64,000 nucleotides of DNA from Carcharhinus amblyrhynchos (GCA_965287045.1 OZ336888.1:19468001-19532000), one strand, 5' to 3'; numbered from the stretch's first letter, positions 1-13,400 are shown. Notes: generated by a model from the sequence alone, not told the origin. Made by a program: numbers and translations.

Positions 1-665
1 ATCAATGGGGATGAAGTAGAAAAGGTCACAAGCTTTAAGTTTTTAGGTGTCCAGATCACCAACAACCTGTCTGGTCCCCCCATGCTGACACTATAGTTAA
101 GAAAGTCCACCAATGCCTCTATTTTCTCAGAAGACTGAGGAAATTTGGCATGTCAGCTATGACTTCCATCAACTTTTCCAGATGCACCATAGAAAGCATT
201 TTTTCTGGTTGTATCACAGTTGATACGGCTCCTCCTCTGCCCAAGACCGCAAGGAACTACAAAAGATCATGAATGTAGCCCCATCCATCATACAAACCAG
301 CCTTTCATCCATTGACTCTGACTACACTTCCTGCTGCCTTGGCAAAGCAGCCAGCATTATTAAGGACCCTATATATCCTGGACATTCTCTCTTCCACCTT
401 CTTCCTTCGGGAAAAAGATACAAAAGTCAGACGTCACATACAACCAACTCAAGAACAGCTTCTTCCCTGCTGCTGTCAGACTTTTGAATGGACCTACCTC
501 GCATTAAATTGATCTTTCTCTACACCCTAGCTATGATTGTAACACTACACTCTCATTTCCTTCTCTACAAAAGGTATGTTTTGTCTGTATATCGCACAAG
601 AAACAATACTTTTCATTGTATGCTAATACACGTGACAATAATAAATCAAATCAAATCAAATCAAA
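1..665 (+). mobile_element. Rex1/Babar-type LINE, decayed 3' end
   Basis: Frameshifted translation INGDEVEKVTSFKFLGVQITNNL...YFLRRLRKFG...RCTIESI; ends in an (ATCAA)n tail. Confidence 0.8.
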
Positions 666-679
666 TAGACCAATCTCTT

Positions 680-860
680 ATATCTCTCTATTCCCCTTTT
701 GTTCACTTGTCTATCAAGATAAGTCTTAACTGTGGCTAACGTAACTGCCTCAACCACCTCATGTGGCAGTGGATTCCAGAGACCACCACACTCTGTGTAA
801 AAAACCTCCCCTGCACATCTCCACTAAACCTTCCCCTCTTCGTTTTGAACTTATGTCTCC
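680..860 (-). mobile_element. CR1 LINE 3' fragment
   Basis: RRHKFKTKRGRFSGDVQGRFFTQSVV is the CR1 ORF2 C-terminal motif. Confidence 0.7.
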
Positions 861-1104
861 TTGTAATTGTTATACTGCTAGATGTGAGGTGTTCAGGAAA
901 GATAAGTAATGAAAGGAAGGAGGAGGGATGGCAGTATTGCTTACAATAATCCAAGGAAAATATTACAGTGCTGAAGAAAAGGATGCTGTAGAGGGTTCAA
1001 GGACAGAATAGAGTTGGTTAACAAACAATAGAAGTAGTATTACTGGGTATATTCTATAGGCTACTGACTAATGGAAAGATAAAAAACTGTTATCTTAATA
1101 TAGA

Positions 1105-1290
1105 CGGGAATGAAATGAAAGGTCACCATAGCCCCAGAGCACCACAGGCTGCTTTCCCTTTTGAGGAGGAAAGCTTATTGATGGTGATTTAACCTGAGGG
1201 ACACCACACCTCAGGCATGGATAACCTCAGCCAGTACAGGAATTGAACCTGCTCTGTTGGCGTGTCTCTGCATCACAAACTCATAAAATT
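1105..1290 (-). mobile_element. tRNA-derived SINE, interrupted by the CR1 piece at ~1290-1624
   Basis: B-box-like GGTTCAATTC on the minus strand near 1240; body is similar to 37545-37680 in the opposite orientation. Confidence 0.55.
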
Positions 1291-2390
1291 CTAGCAGTGT
1301 TCGACAAGGTAAGTTCAGAAAGAATGTTCCCAATGGTGGGGGGAGTCCAGAACTAGGGGTAGAACTATTAGAACTGAGGTGAGGAGAAATTTCTTCACCT
1401 AGAATGTTGGAATTCAGTACCACAGAAAGTATTTGAACCCAAAATATTGTCTGATTTTCAAGAAGAAATCATATATAGCTCTTGAGGCTAAAGCGATCAA
1501 TAGATTTGGGAAGAAGGGAGGATCAGGGTATTGAATTCAATGGCCAACCATGATCAAAATGAATGCTGGAGCAGGCTTGAAGGGCCGAATGGCCCCTTCC
1601 TGCTTCTAGTTTCTATGTTTCTGTGAACCAGCCATCCAGTTAGTTTAAAGGGTGGGAAAGTCTTTGACGTGTGTTCAGGAGAATCTTCTTGATCAGGAGC
1701 TTCCTAACCCAATGAGGAAGGGGATTTCTGTATCTGGTTCAGGAGAATATGAAGGGTTGTTGGTTCAAGCTGCCATAATGGAACATTCAGGGAACAGTGA
1801 TCATAATATCATCAAATATAAATTAGTTATGGAAAAGGACAAGGAGCAGTTAAAGATAGAAGCCCTTAATTAGAGAACCAATTTAAGTGGGTTGAAAATG
1901 GATCTGTTTCAGGTAAGTTGGAATCAAAGATTAGCAGATCAAACTCTAATCAAACAATGGACTGCCTTCAAAGCAGAAATATTTCAGGTAAAGTTGAAGT
2001 GCATTCTCATGAGGGGAAATATTGGGCAATACGAGCAAGATGGAGCAAAAAAAGGACATGTAAGGTAGAAGTAGATAAGAGAAACTTTTCTCATCAGTGG
2101 AAGGGCTGAGAACCAAAGGGCACAGATTTAAATAGATTATCAGAAAACCAAAGAAGACATAAAGAAAACCTTTTTTTTACACAGCAAGTGGTTATGGAAT
2201 GCATTGCCTGAAAAGGTAGTGGAGGCTGATTCAATCATGGCTATCAAAATGGAATTGGATAAGCATCTGAAGAGGAAGAAATTGTAGGACTACAGTGAAA
2301 GGATGGGGGAGTGAGTTGCTCTTCTGAGAGCCAACACATGTTCAGCAGACCGAGTGGCCTCTTTCTGTGTTGCAACCATTCTATGATTTT
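1290..2390 (+). mobile_element. Cluster of decayed CR1 fragments (3' end 1290-1624; endonuclease region 1650-2080; 3' end 2080-2390)
   Basis: GNSDHNIIKYKLVMEKDK APE endonuclease motif; CR1 3' UTR ending cctgcttctagtttctatgtttctgtg. Confidence 0.7.
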
Positions 2391-3483
2391 CACATTGTAT
2401 GTTAAGTTGTTAAAAATGATAATGGCCATTAAATCTCATCTTTTGAAATCTCAGAGACTTTTAGATCAGATGTTTAAAATTCTAATTGTAAAATCTATCT
2501 TTGTACATTAAACATGAATGGAAATATCCTACATCACTCAATAAGAGTTTGCTGCCTCGGGTCAATGTTTTTTATATACTTTCATGAAATGCAAGTGTCG
2601 CTGGCATTTGTTGCCCATCCCTTAACTGCCGTTAAATGCCATTTAAAAATATAACTGCATTTTCTGTTGTGCATTACAACAACTTGCATTTATATAGTGT
2701 CATTAATATAGAGACATATCCTAAGACTATATTAATGACTTGGATACAGGAATAGAAGGCTCTATAGCAAAATTTGCAGATTACACAAAAATAAGCAGGA
2801 CAGTAAGTTGCAATGAGGAAATCGGAACCTTGCAAATGGATATAGATAGATTAGGAGATTGAGCCAAACTGTGGCAGTTGGATTTAATATGGATAAGTGT
2901 GTGGTCATGCATTTTGGTCGGAAAAATGGGAAGGCAAATTATTATCTAAATGGGGAGAGACTTCAGGGTACCCCAGTGCAAAAGGATCTGTGTGTTCTCG
3001 TTCATGAATCACAGAAAACTATAATGCAGGTAGAGCAGATAGTAAAGAAAGCAAATAGAATGTTCACATTTATAGCTAAAGGAATTGAATATAAAGGTAA
3101 GGAACTATGTACAATTCTGGTCACCCTATTATAGAAAGGATATTATTAAATAGAAAGAATGCAGAAAAGATTTACTAGGATGCTACTGGGACTTGATGGT
3201 TTGAGTTATAAGGAGAGACTGGATAGACTGGGACTTTTTCCTCAGGAGCATAGAAGGCTGAGGGGTGATCTTATTGAGTCCATAAAATAATGAGGGGCAT
3301 AGAAAAGCTAGTCAATATCTTTTGGATATTGGTAGGGGAGTCAAAAACCAGAGAGCATAGGTTTAAGGTGAAAGGGGAGAGATACAAAAGTGTCCAGAGG
3401 GGCAATTTTTTTCACACAGAGGGTGGTGAGTGTCTGAAACAAGCTGCCAGAGATAGTAGTAGCGGTGGGTATAATGTCTTTTA

Positions 3484-5098
3484 ATAAGAACATAAGAACA
3501 TAAGAAATAGGAGCAGGAGTAGGCCATCTAGCCCTTCGAGCCTGCCCCGCCATTCAATAAGATCATGGCTGATCTGTCGTGGCTCAGTTCCACTTTCCCG
3601 CCCTCTCCCCATAACCCTCAATCCCTTCTCTTATCAAAAACCCATCAACCCGCTTCTTAAAAATATTTAGCGAGGCAGCCTCCACCACTTCAACGGGCAG
3701 AGAATTCCAGAGATTCACCACCCTTTGAGTGAAGAAGTTCCTCCTCAACTCCGTTCTAAACCGCCTCCCCTTTATCTTGAGGCTGTGCCCCCTAGTCCTA
3801 CTGTCTTTTTTGAGCGGGAAGAGTCTCTCCACCTCTATCCTATCCATCCCATTCATCATCTTATACGTCTCAATGAGATCTCCCCTCATTCTTCTAAACT
3901 CTAACGAGTACAAGCCTAGTTTATTCAGCCTCTCCTCATAGCTCAATCCCCTCAACTCCGGTATCAGCCTAGTAAACCTCCTCTGCACTCCCTCCAGGGC
4001 CAAAATATCCTTGCGCAGGTGCGGCGCCCAAAACTGCACACAGTACTCCAGCTGCGGCCTCACCAATGCCCTATACAGCTGCAGCAAGACCTCCCTACTT
4101 TTATATTCAATCCCCCTCGCTATGAAGGCCAGCATCCCATTCGCCTTCCTGACCACCTGCTGCACCTGCAAGCTGGGTTTTTGCGACTCATGCACAAGGA
4201 CCCCGAGGTCCCTCTGCACCGTCGCCTGCTGCAGTTTTTCGCCACGTAAGTAATAGTCCTTCCTACCATTCTTCCTACCAAAGTGGACCACCTCACACTT
4301 GCCAACATTAAATTCCATTTGCCATTTCCTGGCCCATTCACCCAGCCTATCTAGATCCTTCTGCAGACTCTCCACACCCTCCGCACAATTTGCCGTTCCC
4401 CCAATCTTGGTGTCATCAGCAAATTTCGACACCCTGCACTCGGTTCCCTCCTCCAGATCATCTATATAAATGGTAAATAGCTGAGGCCCCAGCACTGACC
4501 CCTGGGGCACCCCACTAGTCACCATCCGCCAATCCGAATAGCACCCATTGACCCCCACTCTCTGCCTCCTATTTGACAACCAATCCTCTATCCACGCTAA
4601 CACCCTACCCCCAACTCCATGTCCCCTGACCTTCTGCAATAACCTCTTGTGAGGTACCTTGTCAAACGCCTTCTGAAAATCCAGAAAGACCACATCCACC
4701 GGCTCTCCTCTATCCACTGCCCTAGACACATCCTCATAGAACTCCAGTAAATTTGTCAGACACGACTTCCCTTTAATGAAACCGTGTTGCGTCCGCCCTA
4801 TCAAGCAATTCCCTTCAAGATGCCTCGCAATTTCCTGCTTAATGACAGATTCTAACATTTTACCTACCACAGACGTTAAACTAACCGGCCTATAATTCCC
4901 CGCCTTTTGCCTGGCACCCTTCTTAAACAACGGCGTAACATTAGCCGTTTTCCAATCTTCCGGCACTTCCCCAGAATCCAGCGACGTCTGGAAAATAACC
5001 ACCAAGGCATCCACTATCACCTCCGCCATTTCTTTCAGAACCCTCGGATGCATTCCATCCGGTCCTGGGGACTTGTCCACAATCAGCCCCTCCAGTCT
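3484..5098 (-). mobile_element. Young 5'-truncated CR1 LINE with an uninterrupted RT reading frame
   Basis: Open ORF2 fragment of ~500 aa (KSPGPDG, QHGF, DFQKAFDKV, PQGSVLGP, KFADD), stop at 3584, 3' UTR with (TTCTTATG)n tail; GC/CpG-rich. Confidence 0.95.
3584..5098 (-). CDS. CR1 ORF2 reverse transcriptase fragment (no native start; the ORF-track N-terminus 5099-5254 comes from flanking elements)
   Basis: RT motifs as above. Confidence 0.75.
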   Translation of the reverse strand, partial: RLEGLIVDKSPGPDGMHPRVLKEMAEVIVDALVVIFQTSLDSGEVPEDWKTANVTPLFKKGARQKAGNYRPVSLTSVVGKMLESVIKQEIARHLEGNCLIGRTQHGFIKGKSCLTNLLEFYEDVSRAVDRGEPVDVVFLDFQKAFDKVPHKRLLQKVRGHGVGGRVLAWIEDWLSNRRQRVGVNGCYSDWRMVTSGVPQGSVLGPQLFTIYIDDLEEGTECRVSKFADDTKIGGTANCAEGVESLQKDLDRLGEWARKWQMEFNVGKCEVVHFGRKNGRKDYYLRGEKLQQATVQRDLGVLVHESQKPSLQVQQVVRKANGMLAFIARGIEYKSREVLLQLYRALVRPQLEYCVQFWAPHLRKDILALEGVQRRFTRLIPELRGLSYEERLNKLGLYSLEFRRMRGDLIETYKMMNGMDRIEVERLFPLKKDSRTRGHSLKIKGRRFRTELRRNFFTQRVVNLWNSLPVEVVEAASLNIFKKRVDGFLIREGIEGYGERAGKWN

Positions 5099-7444
5099 TG
5101 GGTAAGATGGGTATAGAGGGATATGGACCGAATGCCGGCAATTGGGACTAGCTTCGGAGTTTAAAAAAAGGGTGGCATGGACAAGTTGGGCCAAAGGGAC
5201 TGTTTCCATGCTGTAAACCTCTATGGCTATATGACTCTTTAAGTATTGTTGCAACTATACAAGGCATTGGTGAGGCCGCACCCGGAGTATTGTGCACAGT
5301 TTTGGTCCCCTTATTTGAGGAAAGATGTAGTGGCATTGGAGGCAGTTTGGTTGAGGTTCAGTAGATTGATTCCAGAGATGAGGGGTTTGTTGTATGAAGA
5401 GAGGTTGAACAGTTTAGGCCTATACACTCTGGAATTTAGAAGAATGAGAGTAGATCAAATTGAGGTATACAAGATGATAAAAGGTATTGATAAAGTAGAC
5501 ATGGTGCAAAAGCTTCCTCTTGTAGAGCATTCTAAGATAAGAGGTCGTAGTCTTAATATAAGGGGTAGCGAATTTAAAACCGAGTTGAGGAGGAACTACT
5601 TCTCCCAAAGGGTTGTGAATCTGTGGAATTCGCTATCCCAAAGTGCAGTGGATACTGGGACAGTGACTAAATTTAAGGAGGGCTTAGACAGATTTTTAAT
5701 TGGTAATGGGTTGAAGGGTTACAGGGAGAGGGCAGGAAAATGGGGATGAAGAGCATATTAGCCATGATTGAATGGTGGAGTGGACTTGCTGGGCCAAATG
5801 GTATCCACCGCACTTTGGGATAGCCTAATTCTACTCCTATATCTTATGAACTTATGAACTAAGGTACTTCACTGAAGTGTAATCAAACAAAAATGCACTG
5901 CAACATTATGGGAGAATGAAAAGATTGGTTGGATAAATGGGTTTTAATGAGATGCCATATAGATATAGAGGGTGGTGGAGAAGTTAAACGGTTTAAGAAA
6001 GGGAATTAATTGTGTGGGACCCAGTTATTCTTGAGGATCATACTTCACTAATTGACCACTTAAAGGCTGTAATTGGGGAAAGGGTGGGCTTCCTCTCCAA
6101 AGCCTCATCCATCCCAGTGTATATTTGCCATATGGTCAGGGCAGGCGGGCCAGCAAGTTAAGTGATTTAGGGAAACTTTCTAAAAATATAAAGAATTTTG
6201 CTCAGGGGACAAGTGAAAGACTTGCTTCCTCTGGTCAAGCAGTCAATGATGAGGTCATCAATTTAAAATTGTCATTCAGAGAGTGAGTGGACAGGAGAGG
6301 TTTAAAGGAGCATACATAGAAAGTTGTTGGGGCATTGGTGTTTTGTCACAAAGGAACATTGATGCAGAGATCATTGTATTTTGTTGGAGAAAATTTGAAA
6401 AGTATCTGAAAAGCAAGGAGATTCGAGGCATAGCAAAAATGAAATTAGTTTTGAATTGCTCCAGCAAACACTAAGCACAGACAGGATAAACTAAGTTGTC
6501 TCCATCTAATCTTAAAACTGTGATCATATCCTTCAGTGTCAACATATTATTCATTCCAGTAACATCATTGTAAAATAAAAGAGCAGTACATAAGTTTATA
6601 TATCATCATTGAGTGTCAACACAGTTCAATGGTAGCAATTCCAGAGTCAAATTATGGATCAAGTTCCACTGGAGAAATATACCTAAAATTTGGTTCCGTG
6701 TCATGAAGATCAGAGGCTTTCTTTAATAAGTGTCAAATAATAATGGAAAACAATGGAAATAAAGTGAGTACATTTTAAGGTGGATGAGCACTATAGTTAA
6801 TGAACTGTAGAACTGGATTGAATGGGAGATAATCTGTGTAAATTAGAATTGGGTGGTTGGATCATTTGCACATTTAGAAATGTTACTTTGCATTTCCGAT
6901 CAGCTTCTGGCCTTCACCAGTGTAAGCCTGAAATTTTTTTCCAGAGTTTGTGCGCTTCCCCTTCTCATGTTCCCTTCTTCCATGTTGCAGGCAATTAAGT
7001 GTCACTATGCTGCAGGGCATAACCACCTCAGCAATACAGTACAATCACCCATACATTGACTAGTTTCTTCTCAAAACTTCCATTATTTATTTGCAGTTTG
7101 AATACATTTTGGATACTTTCTAGATCTGTAAAAGATTTGGATCTCCTGATCCATCTTTCTCCCTCTTAGCGTGCCTGGTGTGTGATTTCAATTACATTTA
7201 ATGCTCTGCATATCATACTAATAATTGCCATGAACTTGCAATCTGTAAGACATAGCAAAATCAAATAAAACAAGATTCCAGGTAAAACACACATGCATTC
7301 TCTTAACAATGTAAGTTTCAATTTCAGCACTACAATAAATTCTATTGTAGACAGCACATATATGTAATAAAACAAGAACAGGATTATATTCAACAATCGT
7401 AGTTGCTTTCTAAGCTGCCTTTTAAAATAAAATCATGACAATTA

Positions 7445-7670
7445 GGGATTGCTTGCAGGGCCAGCATTTATTGCCCATCCCTGGGGGCATTTAAGAGTGA
7501 ACCACATTGCTGTAGATCTAGCTTCACACGTACGTCAGATTGAGCAAGACTAACAGATTTCCTTCCCTAAAGGACATTAGTGAACCAGATGTGTTTTTTT
7601 TTACAATCAAGATGGTTTCATGGTCATCATTAGACTTAATTCCAGATTTTAAAAAATTTATTCAAATTTC
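7445..7670 (-). mobile_element. tRNA-SINE partial copy (same family as 28925-29306)
   Basis: Shares ccagcatttattgcccatccc...aagagtgaaccacattgctgt...cagatttccttccctaaagga. Confidence 0.7.
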
Positions 7671-7899
7671 ATCAACTAGGTTAGACTCCAGCGCTGGTAT
7701 AATTCTGAGTAATGTCACTGTTGTAAAATGGATATTAATACAGATGTTCTCTGTTACATTAGGCATACTGGAAATTCAGACCATTAAGGCACAGAAAAGT
7801 TACTCTTAATGCATTGGTAAGGAAATTCCTCTTTCTCAAAAAAGCATTACACCGCATCATACTTTTGGCTAGGGAAATTAGTAATCAAACCAAAGAGCT

Positions 7900-9907
7900 T
7901 GAATCATCACATTTACAGTTAGTTTCTCTCTGTATGTGGTCTACATGTTTCCTTACTTTTCCTCCTTGAAGGTAGACCAGACATCAGACCTGTTTTTGTT
8001 ACGATCTTCCTGGGGACTCAGGCTGGACCAACCCTAAAGTTCCAGGCAAATACTAGGTCGTTTACCTCAAATGACCTACCGCCTTTAACAGAATCATGAT
8101 ATTCCTTTTGTATACCTTGTTTCATTTCCACCTTCCCATTAAATTGGGAAACAGTAGGTCCTAAATCTGGTCCGGCAGCGCCTCCCCAACAATGGCTTTG
8201 CAGGGGATATTCCTGCAGTAACATGTGGTGTTGCCCAGTAAATAAGGAGCAATCTAGCAAGATTCATTCATAATAATGCACCTGGCTGTTTATTTATCAT
8301 TGACTTGAATGTCTGTACAGCTCTTTCTGCTAAGCCATTTGAGGCTTGGTGATAGGGTCCCATGCGCACATGTTTTATTCCGTTAATATGCATAAAGTGC
8401 TGAAATACTGCCTCTCTAAAGGCAGAGCCAATATCAGAGACCAAAATCTCCAGCATGTCATGTGTAGCAAAGGTTTGTCATAGTTTTTCAATTGTCGTGG
8501 AAGACATTATTCTCATTTCGTGAATATCAAGTCACTTGGAATAGGAATCAGCAATGATCAGGAACATGGTGCCTATAAAAAGGACCTGCAAATTTCATTT
8601 GTAACCATGCCCAAAGTCAACCAGGCCACTCCCACGGGTGCAAGTGAGCCAAAGGAGGCAGGGTTTGTTGCAATTAGCATTGATCAAAATGCCTGACTAG
8701 ATTTTCAATATCCTTATTAATGCCTGGTCAGCAAATTAACTTCTGGCAAGCATCTTCATTTTGGTCTGACCTGGGTGAGCATTGGGTAATTCCTGCAGCA
8801 AAGTCCCTCTTGCTGGAACAGGAAACACCATTACAGACTCCCACAATAACACATCATCCTCACAGCTCAGTTTGTTTTTGTGGAGCTGGAAAGGCTTGAA
8901 TTGATCTGATATATCGGAATGCCAGCCAAGGAAAATCATATACTTTACTCTGGAATAGAACTGGGTCTCTGAATCCAATTCCGAATCTTCTTCAACGATA
9001 GTGACAGCATATTCAAGAAGTTAAGGGCTAACACTATTTCTTGTGGTACTGTTGGTGGTGATATTGTTTGAGGCAGTCAAAGGTGACTGAGGGCATCTGT
9101 GTTCAATAGTTTGGTATCTGGTTTATGTTGGAGCACGTAGTTATATGCTGCTAGAAGTAAAGCCCACCTTTGGACTCTGGCTCATGCAATAGGAGGAATA
9201 ATCTTAGGGGGGGAAAGGGGCAGGAGGAGATCGGGGGTGGTCGGGCGTGGAGGCAGATCGGGGCTGACCCGGGGGGATCCGGTAGGCTAGCAATCGGGGA
9301 GGGGGGTACTGGAAGGCCAGCAATCAGGGGGTTGCAAGGCTGGCCAGTGATCAGAGGCTAGCGATGTGGGGGCTTGTGCACATGCGTCAATCTCCCCACT
9401 GACAAATCAGCGCATGCGTAATGGCCCACTCAGCACTATGCTGCCAGCCTCTCAGCTGGGAATAGGCCCCACCTCCTACTTCCAGAGTGAATCACACTGA
9501 GGCACTCTGCAATTCACAATGTTGGAGATTCGTTCTGACAAGTACGCTGAAAAAACTGGCAGGAAATGGACAGGTTCCTGTCTATTGGGCACTTAATTTT
9601 GTTTTGGGTGAACTCCAGCCCTGGGGTTTCCAATGAGGTTGCAAGTCTGGGGTCCATATACCATAAGCGGAATGACTTTTTGCTTATCTCCTTCTGTAAT
9701 TTCATTAGTGGTATAGAAATACTGGAGTCTTTCAACATACTGAATCCAGTATTCAATATTTGGGTCAAAAAGGATCAATTTTCCCAAAAAGCAGCATTGT
9801 TTTTATTTACTGTTGCTGCAGGGACTTTTTTTTTAACTTCAAAGGTAGACATTTGCTGTCTCAATTCCTGGAGCTGGCAACTGTAGTCCCGATTACCTCA
9901 TTGCTAA
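7900..9907 (-). mobile_element. Decayed Gypsy/Ty3 LTR retrotransposon internal region (gag N-term, RNase H end, integrase); protease/RT missing
   Basis: gag-like GKLILFDPNIEYWIQYVERLQYFYTTN; RVQRWALLLAAYNY; LQELPNAHPGQTKMKMLARS; LVSDIGSAF...PYHQASNGLAERAVQTFK; PBS-like TTAGCAATGAGG at 9907-9896. Confidence 0.88.
9200..9621. mobile_element. PIF/Harbinger-type MITE fragment inside the Gypsy element
   Basis: 9500-9621 is homologous to the MITE at 50558-50701; TIR-like end gaactccagccc; G-rich gatcgg repeats. Confidence 0.6.
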
Positions 9908-10240
9908 TGTAATAATTGTGAAGCTCTACAACTACTTGGCAGGTGAAAGTAACAAAATTGTTTATTCAAACTAAACTTTAGACAAGGGAGAATGATAAAG
10001 ACAACTTTACTTCTCAACTCGCCTAAGGTCAACAGCCAGGGCTCAACTGCCGCTCTCTAACAGCTCTTCTGCAAGCTTGGACTCATGCCCCACTGCCGCA
10101 GAGCATAATTTTCAACTTGCGCTCAACTTCTGCACCACATTCTCAGACTCATGCTCTATCACAGCCCTATGCTCTTAGACTCCTGTTCAACCACCACATA
10201 ATGTGCTCTGCCATGCTACACGTCATTTAGATTATGGCAC
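9908..10240 (-). repeat. Probable 5' LTR of the Gypsy element
   Basis: Ends ...TTACA directly before the PBS-like motif; AATAAA on the minus strand at ~9961-9966. Upstream boundary uncertain. Confidence 0.45.
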
Positions 10241-10469
10241 ATGTAGATATAGGACAGTGTGAGTGGATTCTCCAAAATGTAGGATGCTCAGATCATCTTT
10301 GGGAGTGAACGTTACCACCCCAGAAGGTATCTAATCAAGACCTTGATCAGATTCCTCTTTCAGTTTTGATTCTGGTGCCTGTTCTGCCAACCAGTGAACA
10401 TCAGGTACCAAGGTCTAAGCGGGTCTGTGCAATCCAGTGTGCACATCGCAGAAACACAGAGGTACTACG

Positions 10470-13400
10470 TATCCTTAGATTTGCTAGAGCCACACAGGAG
10501 GGTTTAAATTAGTTTGGCGGGGTGGGGCGGGGGGGGGAGGGTGGGATCCAAAGCTGTAGAAAGACAGAAGAGAAGGTTCACGGTAGCATAGAAATTAAAG
10601 AGAACATATTAAGTAGTAAAGGCAGTGTCAGTAATCCTAGTACCAGACAAATCAGGCAAAAGCAGAGCAGAAAGCAAGGAAAGCCCAGATTAAACTGCAT
10701 TTATTTCAGTGCAAGAGGCCTGAAGGGCAACACAAATGAACTCAGGGCATGGGACTGGGACATTATAGCAATTACTGAAACATGGCGGAAGGAGGGGCAA
10801 GACTGGCAGCTCAATGTTCCAGAATACAGATGCTATAGGAAAAATAGAAAAGGAGGTGAGAGAGAGAAGGGGGAGTTGCGCTTTTGATTAGAAAAATCAT
10901 GGCAGTGCTGAAAAGGGATATATCTGAGGGTTTGGCCACTGAGTCTATATGGTTGGAACTGAGAAATAAGAAGGGGGAAATCACTTTGATAGGGTTGTAC
11001 TATAAGCCCCCAAATAGTCAGCAGGAAATTGAGGAGCAAATATGTAAGGAGATTGCAGAAAGCTCCAAGAAAAATAGTATGGTAATAGTAGTGGATTTTA
11101 ATTTTCCTGACATTAACTAGGACAGCCATAGTATTAGAGGGTTGGATGGAGAGAAATTTGTTGAGTGCATTCAGGAGGAATTTTTCATTCAGTATGTGGG
11201 TGGCCCGACTAGAAAGGGGGCAAAACATGATCCTTTTGGGACATAAGGAACGGCAAGTGACAGAAGCATTAGTGAGGGATTACTTTGGGACCAGTGACCA
11301 TAATTCTATTCATTTTAAGATAGCTATGGAGAATGAAAGGTCTGGCCCAAAAACTCTAAATTAGAGCAAGACCAATTTTGATGGTATCAGGCAGGAACTA
11401 TCAAAAATTAATTGGGGGAGTTTGTGGGAAGGCAAAGGGATGTCTGATAAGTCTAAGGTTTTCAAAAATGTGTTAACTAGGGTGCAAGGTAAGAACATTC
11501 CTTTTCGAGTGAAGATTGGTAGAAGTAGGGAACCTTGGATGACTCAGGATATTGAATCCCTGGTCAAGAAGAAGGAGGCACATGACATGCATAGGCAGTT
11601 GTGACAAAGTGAATCCCTTGAAGAGTATAGAGGGTGTAGGAGTAGAGTTAAGAGAGAAATCAGGAGGGCAAAAAGGGGAAATGAGATTGTTTTGGCAGAT
11701 AAGGCAAAGGAAAATCCAAAGAGCTTCTACAAATACATAAAGGGCAAAAGAGCAACTAGGGAGAGAGTAGGACCTTTTAAGAATCAACAAGATCATCTAT
11801 GTGTGGATCCACATGAGATGGGTGAGATCCTAAATGAATATTTTCTCATCAGTATTTACTGTTGAGAAAAGCATGGATTTAGAGAAGAATAGCGATGTCT
11901 TGACGAGTGTACATATTAAGAGAAGGAATTGCTGGAAGTCTTAAAGTGCATTAATCCCTGGGACCTGATGAAGTGTATCCCAGGACATTGAAGGAGGCTA
12001 GGGAGGAAATTGCGGGTCCTTTAGGAGAGATATTTGAATCATTGATTGTCACAGGTGAAGTGCCTAAAGATTGGAGCATGGCAAATGTTGTACCTTTGTT
12101 TAAAAAGGGCTGCAGGGAAAAGCCTGGGAACTAAGGGCCGATGAGCCTCACATCTGTGGTGGGTAAGTTGTTGGAAGGTATTTTAAGAGACAGGATCTAC
12201 AGGCATTTAGAGGCACAAGGACTGATTAGGGACAGTCAACATGGCCTTGTGAGTGGAAAACCATGTGTCACAAATTTGAGTTTTTTGAAGGGGTAACCAA
12301 GAAGGTAGGTGAGGGCAGTCCAGTTGATGTTGTCTACACGGACTTTAGCAAGGCCTTTGACAGGGTACTTCATGGTAGGTTGTTGCATAAGGTTACGGCA
12401 TCCAAGATGAGGTAACTAAATGGATACAAAACTGTCTTGTTGACAGAAGCCAGAGGTTTGGTTGTAGAGGGTTGTTTTTCAAACTGGAGACCTGTGACCA
12501 GCAGTGTGCCTCAGGGATCGGTGCTGGGTCTGCTGTTATTTGTCATTTATATTAATGATTTGAATGAAAATATAGGCAGCATGGTTAGTGAGTTTGCAGA
12601 TGACACCAAGATTTGTGGCATAGTAGACAGTGAGGAAGGTCATCTCGGATTGCAATGGGATCTTGATCAATTGGGCCAGTGGACTGACGAATGGCAGATG
12701 GAGTTTAATCTAGATAAATGTGAGGTGATGTATTTTGGAACATTGCACCAGGGCAACACTTACTCAGTTAATGGCAGGGCATTGTGGAGAGTTACAGAAC
12801 AGAGATCTAGGGATACAGGTTCATAGCTTCTTGAAAGTGGAGTCACAGGTGAACAGAGTGATGAAAAAGGCATTCAGCATGCTTGGTTTCATTGGTCAGA
12901 ACATTGAATACAGGAGTGTCGTTGAAGTTGTACATGACATTGATAAGGCCACAATTGGAATACTGTGTATAGTTTAGGTCACCCTATTATAGAAAGGATG
13001 TTATTAAACTAGAAAGAATGCAGAAAAGATTTACTAGGATGCTACCAGGACTTGATGGTTTGAGGTATCAGGAATGGCTTGATAGACTGGGACTTTTTTC
13101 TCTGGAGCATAGGAGGCTGAGGTGTGATCTTATAGAGGTCTATAAAATAATGAGGGGCACAGATCAACTAGAAAGTCAATATCTTTTCCCAAAGGTAGGG
13201 AAGTCTAAAACTAAAGGGCATAGGTTTAAGGTGAGAGGGGAGAGATACAAAAGTGGCCAGAGGGGCAATTTTTTCACGTAGAGGGTGATGGAACAAGCTA
13301 CCAGAGATGGTAGTAGAGGTGGGCACAATTTTGTCTTCTAAAAAGCATTTAGACAGTTACATGTGTAAGATGGGTATAGAGGGATATGGGCCAAATGTGG

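Larger units (their letters stand above)
3108..5238 (+). mobile_element. Intermediate-age CR1 3' fragment (3108-3483 plus 5099-5238), split by a young CR1
   Basis: Both halves match the same subfamily as 12960-13473, where they are contiguous. Confidence 0.85.
2727..5860 (+). mobile_element. Old CR1 (2727-3107 plus 5242-5860) hosting two nested CR1 insertions
   Basis: The left part ends in GIEYKGKE and the right part resumes at VLLQLYKALVRPHPEYC, which are contiguous in CR1 ORF2. Confidence 0.85.

Noticed and set aside
3584-5254. 556-aa ORF as a host gene or complete RT gene
   Set aside because: Chimeric: the first ~52 codons read through antisense older CR1 DNA, and the rest is 5'-truncated CR1 ORF2 with no endonuclease domain or promoter.
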